Both the position numbers and the translations under genes were made by a program. Shown piece after piece: positions 61,572-64,000 of a stretch of DNA of 64,000 nucleotides. The stretch's first letter is position 1. Each line of letters opens with the position of its first letter. The stretch spans positions 105,588,001 through 105,652,000 of the forward strand of contig NC_086107.1 in NCBI RefSeq assembly GCF_963921235.1. Reading direction: 5' to 3'. Source of the stretch: Mobula hypostoma (lineage: Eukaryota). Under the pieces are notes generated by a model. The model saw nothing but the letters and a program-made list of their open reading frames with translations. It had not been told where the DNA came from and ran no database searches.

Positions 61572-63050
61572 AGATTTGCAAACTGACTCCTTCCACTTGT
61601 TCAGGTCCAGCACTACACCAGCCTTCCAAACCCAGCGAGAAAAGCCCTGTAAGTGGCAGAATGGGACTTTTCTGCTCGCTGTTACAGGGAACGAATAGAC
61701 TGATCAAGGAATCTTCTAATTACATTTAAATTGCAAACATACCAACCTCCAGTAGCAATTAGTCCTCAGTTATTGGCAGTAATAGCAAAAATATTCAGAT
61801 AGAAATCTTAAATCAGAATAGAATCGCAACAGGACACCGTGAAAGTTGAAGGAAGTAATGATACTGACCGTCTCTTTCATTAGAGTTTCTGAAGATCACT
61901 GCAAAAGACAGAGAAATACCGTGTCACAATGACGCTTCCAGTGAGATCGATCGATAACGACCAGTATCAACAGACCAATTTACCATGGAGGGATTTTCAG
62001 AATCTTTCTGACTGTTTCTGGGTTTTTCTTGCCTTGTTTTTCCTCACCCTCTGCCCCATTATTTGAACGTGAGAGGAGAACGGGGAGGTCTCCGCGTCCG
62101 TGCAGTGATGCTGGTGCCTTGCAGCATCTCCAGCACATCTGCAGTACCCACTGACTCGGGCTTCCTGCAACCATACGCTCCTGCCCTATTGCCTTTGGCT
62201 GGCGATCCATCCGATCTTGCTGTGGGTAAGATCGAGGATGGCACCCCCTCCCCGGAACCTTCTACAGACGCCCCTCCGACTGGGTAACGTTTGGGAAGAA
62301 ATTCGAGGAGGTTTAAACCTCTCCCCATGCCAGAGATCCTCACACTCCCTCCCCTCCCCAAGGGCTGCGGTGAAAATATGTGGCAGAGGTTTCCGGGTTC
62401 CAGTGACGGATCACGGGGTCGCTGCGAGGGTCGGTTGGGTTGCCGCAGCCTTGTGTAGTCGTAAGGTCGCCGAATCAACGCAGGGTCATCGTCAGGTAGT
62501 TACAAGGACTCACAACCATTGCAGGGATGGTGTAAGATCCCAATGTCACCGCAGGTGGTCACAAGGTCACGCCTGGGGTTTGCCGTAAGGCGTCTCCACC
62601 CCAGGCGGACCCGCAGGACGGCCGGGGTGCCGTGAGGGAGGGCAGGGGAAATGCGCCGCAGCCCCACGAGAACGGAGCGCAGGTTGCTGCTGCAGCGGGC
62701 AGGGTGGGGAGCGCCAGGCTGCGAGAGAACTCTGCCCGCTCTGCCCGCTCATCTTAAACCCGTCTTTGCAAATGCGCAGCTGGGATTTTTTTCCCCCTGA
62801 GAGTGCGAGGAAGCCAGGATGAATTAAGCGAATGATCCTACATCACGAAATGACTGCGCACTGAAAATCTTCCTTGGATTTTGCGTCTCCCAGGTAGGGG
62901 TAAGGTGCGAGTTAAATCCTTCCATGCTACAGATCTTTAATGCGGTGCTAACCGGACCAGGTTAACTCCTCTGCTCCGAGGAGACAGCCTACCTCCGCAG
63001 TAGGTATGGACCACCAGTCCGAGGAGAGCGAACAACAGCAGGCTTCTCAT
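310..63050 (-). CDS. Multi-exon gene (36 intact + 3 disabled micro-exons; 3' end outside window) for a secreted Ser-x-Glu-rich repetitive phosphoprotein, possibly MGP/osteocalcin family
   Basis: ATG plus 19-aa hydrophobic signal peptide ending at a phase-1 GT donor. All intact downstream exons are AG...GT bounded, 30/36/45/57 nt long and open in the phase-1 frame. Intact exons total 1699 nt (566 codons + 1 nt) with no stop; the frame runs off the window start. Confidence 0.85.
1364..1420 (-). CDS. Type-A exon: [19 protein letters not shown]
   Basis: ttccag|57 nt|gttcgt. Confidence 0.7.
1962..1997 (-). pseudogene. Type-C exon copy with lost acceptor (AG to GG)
   Basis: Plus strand reads gaatccgg where sister copies read gaatctgg; coding part intact. 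Confidence 0.65.
3058..3114 (-). CDS. Type-A exon: [19 protein letters not shown]
   Basis: tttcag|57 nt|gttcgt. Confidence 0.7.
3656..3691 (-). CDS. Type-C exon: [12 protein letters not shown]
   Basis: ttccag|36 nt|gtaaca. Confidence 0.7.
4752..4808 (-). CDS. Type-A exon: [19 protein letters not shown]
   Basis: tttcag|57 nt|gttcgt. Confidence 0.7.
5350..5385 (-). CDS. Type-C exon: [12 protein letters not shown]
   Basis: ttccag|36 nt|gtatca. Confidence 0.7.
5745..6089 (+). mobile_element. CR1-type LINE 3' fragment inserted in one array unit
   Basis: Absent from sister units; ends in a GGTTAT-like repeat tail; accounts for most of the longer 2056-bp period. Confidence 0.65.
6807..6863 (-). 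CDS. Type-A exon: [19 protein letters not shown]
   Basis: tttcag|57 nt|gttcgt. Confidence 0.7.
7406..7441 (-). CDS. Type-C exon: [12 protein letters not shown]
   Basis: ttccag|36 nt|gtatcg. Confidence 0.75.
8535..8591 (-). CDS. Type-A exon: [19 protein letters not shown]
   Basis: tttcag|57 nt|gttcgt. Confidence 0.75.
9132..9167 (-). CDS. Type-C exon: [12 protein letters not shown]
   Basis: ttttag|36 nt|gtatcg. Confidence 0.75.
10035..10091 (-). CDS. Type-A exon: (D/N)[18 protein letters not shown]
   Basis: tttcag|57 nt|gtacgt. Confidence 0.75.
10460..12260 (+). mobile_element. Degraded CR1-like LINE 3' portion, interrupted by a SINE (~10750-11005), the minisatellite and a Penelope-type terminal fragment (~11750-12120)
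   Basis: Similar to other CR1 copies in the window (GLDRVDVER and RGHSLRI motifs, 3' UTR). Confidence 0.65.
11016..11430 (+). repeat. 32-bp minisatellite (~13 copies) derived from CR1 ORF2
   Basis: Unit aaggagagatgtgctggtcctggagagggtct matches the CR1 [10 protein letters not shown] motif and continues into CR1 3' sequence. Confidence 0.85.
12914..12958 (-). CDS. Unique type-D exon: [15 protein letters not shown]
   Basis: atgcag|45 nt|gtgagt; a second in-frame donor (gtttta) would extend it to 12896 (63 nt). Confidence 0.65.
13419..14590 (+). mobile_element. V-SINE-like element split by a nested CR1 LINE fragment (~13561-14465)
   Basis: ggtgctccagtttcctcc...ccaaagac V-domain-like core; insert translates [17 protein letters not shown] resumes and ends in (AAAT)n. 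Confidence 0.7.
14839..14895 (-). CDS. Type-A exon: [19 protein letters not shown]
   Basis: tttcag|57 nt|gtttgt. Confidence 0.8.
15323..15737 (-). mobile_element. Rex1/Babar-type LINE 3' end
   Basis: [19 protein letters not shown]...[12 protein letters not shown]-terminal motif; (TCTAA)n tail; apparent TAGTA target-site duplication. Confidence 0.75.
15802..15837 (-). CDS. Type-C exon: [12 protein letters not shown]
   Basis: ttccag|36 nt|gtatgg. Confidence 0.8.
15983..16018 (-). CDS. Type-B exon: [12 protein letters not shown]
   Basis: tttcag|36 nt|gtagtt. Confidence 0.8.
16956..17012 (-). CDS. Type-A exon: [19 protein letters not shown]
   Basis: tttcag|57 nt|gtttgt. Confidence 0.75.
17973..18008 (-). 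pseudogene. Disabled type-C exon [11 protein letters not shown]
   Basis: Acceptor AG changed to AT, and CGA changed to an in-frame TGA stop. Confidence 0.8.
18156..18184 (-). pseudogene. Disabled type-B exon (29 nt, frameshifting)
   Basis: 7 nt shorter than the other B copies; most of the pyrimidine tract is deleted. Confidence 0.75.
18670..19620 (-). mobile_element. Unclassified interspersed repeat (related fragments near 20915, 23255, 38720)
   Basis: Shared tttattatcaaag...acaaccctga...cagacagccacgaaacaa block at four sites. Confidence 0.5.
21139..21452 (+). mobile_element. tRNA-derived SINE with CORE-like domain
   Basis: A/B-box-like head, gtccttgagcaaggcacttaa core, (TAA)n tail, ATAATAAAGTAG repeated on both flanks; homologs at 40100-40421 (-) and 50360-50666 (+). 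Confidence 0.75.
21763..21819 (-). CDS. Type-A exon: [19 protein letters not shown]
   Basis: tttcag|57 nt|gtttgt. Confidence 0.75.
24210..24245 (-). CDS. Type-C exon: [12 protein letters not shown] (weak GAG acceptor)
   Basis: ttcgag|36 nt|gtattg. Confidence 0.55.
24393..24428 (-). CDS. Type-B exon: [12 protein letters not shown]
   Basis: tttcag|36 nt|gtacag. Confidence 0.7.
25491..26122 (-). mobile_element. Penelope-like element 3' fragment (GIY-YIG C-terminus)
   Basis: GDRFAEH...VAAHFN...[20 protein letters not shown]. Confidence 0.8.
26372..26660 (+). mobile_element. tRNA-head SINE nested in a Penelope-type fragment
   Basis: ggtggcgcaatg...gggttcaaaacc A/B-box-like head; related copy at ~39716-39922. 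Confidence 0.6.
27455..28060 (-). mobile_element. CR1-like LINE 3' fragment
   Basis: [15 protein letters not shown]...ERVQRKF...[14 protein letters not shown]. Confidence 0.75.
28235..28291 (-). CDS. Type-A exon: [19 protein letters not shown]
   Basis: tttcag|57 nt|gtttgt; differs from the array copies only by synonymous changes. Confidence 0.8.
28431..28829 (+). mobile_element. Solo LTR (399 bp) with 5-bp TSD
   Basis: TGTAATGA...TCATGACA termini; TATCA at 28426-28430 and 28830-28834; internal AATAAA; truncated copy at 21932 to ~22160. Confidence 0.75.
29608..29664 (-). CDS. Type-A exon (1.55-kb array): [19 protein letters not shown]
   Basis: tttcag|57 nt|gtttgt. Confidence 0.8.
31158..31214 (-). 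CDS. Type-A exon (1.55-kb array): [19 protein letters not shown]
   Basis: tttcag|57 nt|gtttgt. Confidence 0.8.
32709..32765 (-). CDS. Type-A exon (1.55-kb array): [19 protein letters not shown]
   Basis: tttcag|57 nt|gtttgt. Confidence 0.8.
34268..34324 (-). CDS. Type-A exon (1.55-kb array): [19 protein letters not shown]
   Basis: tttcag|57 nt|gtttgt. Confidence 0.8.
35820..35876 (-). CDS. Type-A exon (1.55-kb array): [19 protein letters not shown]
   Basis: tttcag|57 nt|gtttgt. Confidence 0.8.
37068..37103 (-). CDS. Type-C exon: [12 protein letters not shown]
   Basis: ttccag|36 nt|gtattg. Confidence 0.75.
37250..37285 (-). CDS. Divergent type-B exon: [12 protein letters not shown]
   Basis: tatcag|36 nt|gtagtt; SxE motif lost. 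Confidence 0.6.
37764..38715 (-). mobile_element. CR1-like LINE 3' portion (RT end and 3' UTR)
   Basis: [10 protein letters not shown] and [13 protein letters not shown]...[14 protein letters not shown]. Confidence 0.85.
40100..40421 (-). mobile_element. tRNA-derived SINE (same family as 21139)
   Basis: Reverse-complement match to 21142-21440; (CTATA)n tail. Confidence 0.75.
40642..40698 (-). CDS. Type-A exon: [19 protein letters not shown]
   Basis: tttcag|57 nt|gtttgt. Confidence 0.8.
40790..41370 (-). mobile_element. Degraded Penelope-like fragment
   Basis: [17 protein letters not shown]...EATLR. Confidence 0.65.
41596..41900 (-). mobile_element. RTE LINE 3' end with expanded (GAT)n-type tail
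   Basis: Reverse-complement match to ~58432-58648. Confidence 0.8.
42238..42273 (-). CDS. Type-C exon: [12 protein letters not shown]
   Basis: ttccag|36 nt|gtacgg. Confidence 0.75.
42417..42452 (-). CDS. Type-B exon: [12 protein letters not shown]
   Basis: tttcag|36 nt|gtaggt. Confidence 0.75.
43478..44036 (+). mobile_element. CR1-like LINE 3' fragment
   Basis: [26 protein letters not shown]...TRGHSLRI. Confidence 0.8.
44156..44212 (-). CDS. Type-A exon: [19 protein letters not shown]
   Basis: tttcag|57 nt|gtttgt. Confidence 0.8.
45269..45304 (-). CDS. Type-C exon: [12 protein letters not shown]
   Basis: ttccag|36 nt|gtattg. Confidence 0.8.
45444..45479 (-). CDS. Type-B exon: [12 protein letters not shown]
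   Basis: tttcag|36 nt|gtatgt. Confidence 0.8.
47219..48060 (+). mobile_element. 5'-truncated RTE-clade LINE with 10-bp TSD
   Basis: DLDFADD RT motif, [14 protein letters not shown]; (TAG)n tail; GCCCTAGGGT at 47209-47218 and 48061-48070. Confidence 0.85.
48568..48624 (-). CDS. Type-A exon: [19 protein letters not shown]
   Basis: tttcag|57 nt|gtttgt. Confidence 0.8.
49300..49830 (+). mobile_element. Non-autonomous interspersed repeat (inverted copy at ~54195-54690), possibly RTE-related
   Basis: Reverse-complement homology between the two loci. Confidence 0.5.
50360..50666 (+). mobile_element. tRNA-derived SINE (same family as 21139)
   Basis: ggcgcgtggccaagtggttaagg...gttcgagcc head and the same body. 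Confidence 0.75.
51042..51669 (+). mobile_element. CR1 LINE reverse transcriptase fragment
   Basis: [32 protein letters not shown]; internal stop. Confidence 0.9.
51670..52660 (-). mobile_element. Penelope-like element with GIY-YIG endonuclease region
   Basis: [30 protein letters not shown]... Confidence 0.85.
55860..58648 (+). mobile_element. Near full-length, disrupted RTE-clade LINE (APE endonuclease + RT)
   Basis: [17 protein letters not shown] and SDH endonuclease motifs; [25 protein letters not shown]; (ATG)n tail; stops and frameshifts. Confidence 0.9.
58905..59510 (-). mobile_element. CR1-like LINE 3' fragment
   Basis: Degenerate TRGH...RRNCFS..LWNSLP motif and 3' UTR. Confidence 0.7.
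60965..61512. mobile_element. Tc1/mariner-type non-autonomous DNA element
   Basis: Imperfect TIRs cagtggccactttataagtac ... gtacctaataaagtggctactcagtg; no transposase ORF. Confidence 0.65.
61538..61568. repeat. (TG)n microsatellite
   Basis: Read directly. Confidence 0.9.
61869..61898 (-). CDS. Exon 2 (30 nt): [10 protein letters not shown]
   Basis: tttctctgtcttttgcag|TGATC...AGACG|gtcagt; strong pyrimidine tract, phase 1-1, contains S-N-E. Confidence 0.75.
62993..63050 (-). CDS. Exon 1 coding part: signal peptide [19 protein letters not shown]
   Basis: ggaaATGAGAAGCCTGCTGTTG...TACTGCGGAG|gtaggc; 58 nt, phase-1 donor; basic n-region, Leu-rich h-region, small residues near the end. Confidence 0.85.
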
Positions 63051-63128
63051 TTCCGCGCGTCCTTGCAGCAGGGAGGATGCCGTGAGCCGGAGACCGGGAA
63101 TGCAATGATCTGCAAGGGCAGACCTGGC

Positions 63129-63247
63129 TTTTTATGTCGTTCCTTCTGACTGTCGGAGTGAGTCATGTGATGCTGTGGCTTCTACCATCTGCCCACAGGA
63201 TGGACCAGAGGTGACCACAGCTTCCAAAACCGACCCCCCGCCCCCCA
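63129..63247 (-). promoter_or_regulatory. Putative proximal promoter: TATA-like CATAAAAA (63129-63136), AP-1 TGAGTCA (63159-63165), E/M-box TCATGTGA (63163-63170), Runx-type TGTGGTC (63213-63219), GC box (about 63234-63247)
   Basis: Motifs read directly, clustered 80-200 bp upstream of the ATG at 63050. Function is inferred. Confidence 0.55.
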
Positions 63248-64000
63248 CCTCCACCTGCCCGGTGATTCACAATCCTGACAGGACAAGCCATCGCGGGTCA
63301 CAATGTATAGGGGGAGAGTGTGTGTGTGTGTGTGTGTTTGTGTGTACGTGGTGATGCAGACAAGTTATTCCACCTCCCTGAGCTAATTCCGGGTAGATGT
63401 GGCCACGCTAGGTTTGCAGTCTATTTACATTCTCAAATGAAGTGCATCTTTTTTTTTTCCCGAATCTGGACATTGTTCCAGCCGGGGATTCCAAAGGGAT
63501 GCAATAATTTCACGGCTCTGACCCGCGGCTCTCCACGCCATGCCTGCTCTCTGCAGCCCAGCTCCTCGGTCGAAGAAATCGAGAATCACCCCCCCACCAT
63601 CCAAAACCTCCACACTGATCTTCCCACCTCACCCACCCAAACTCTGGAACCCTGCGGCCCTCATTCACTCACACTGTTCAACTCAAGTTTTTTGTCTTTT
63701 AACTATATGAATGTATACCGTCAAACGAGACAACGTTCCTCCAGACCAGGGTGTAAAGCGCAGTAGTACGCATAACACACAATAACTTATGATAAAATCT
63801 ACAGTTGAATTATGCATAAATAAAGTGCATAAATTTAATATATATTATAAAAATACAGAACACATTATCTGGTGACATTTCAAATGTGATGTGGCAGGGA
63901 GATTGGAAGCCTAATGGCCTGAGGGCAGAAATTGTTTCCCATCCTGACCATTCTTGTCTTTATGCATCGGAGTCTCCTGCCTCCCTTTCGTCCGTTCCGT

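Noticed and set aside
310..63050. Classical SCPP/SIBLING (SPARCL1-derived) gene
   Set aside because: The SxE chemistry fits, but SCPP genes characteristically have phase-0 introns and usually a non-coding first exon. Here all introns are phase 1 and the signal peptide appears to lie in the first exon.

Overview
Eukaryotic, transposon-rich DNA. The repeat landscape (CR1/HER1-type LINEs, V-SINE-like and tRNA-head SINEs, Penelope, Rex1/Babar, RTE) suggests a cartilaginous fish, probably a ray (inference). The six-frame ORF track shows almost only TE debris and spurious ORFs. Reading splice signals by eye reveals one minus-strand gene spanning the whole window. It has a TATA-like promoter near 63.1 kb, a signal-peptide exon (62993-63050, [19 protein letters not shown]) and a 30-nt exon 2 ([10 protein letters not shown]). 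These are followed by 37 tandemly duplicated, symmetric phase-1 micro-exons of four types: A (57 nt, [19 protein letters not shown], 18 copies), B (36 nt, [12 protein letters not shown], 6 copies), C (36 nt, [12 protein letters not shown], 12 copies) and D (45 nt, 1 copy). Three copies are disabled (lost acceptor, stop codon or frameshift). The 36 intact exons splice into about 566 open codons of a secreted, Ser-x-Glu-rich repetitive protein whose 3' end lies beyond position 1. The architecture resembles a Matrix Gla/osteocalcin-family gene with a hugely expanded phospho-exon, but no Gla domain is visible in the window, so this identity is unproven. Two young exon-carrying tandem arrays (about 1.7 kb units at 1-9.4 kb; about 1.55 kb units at 29.1-36.9 kb) show recent amplification. 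TE boundaries are approximate.
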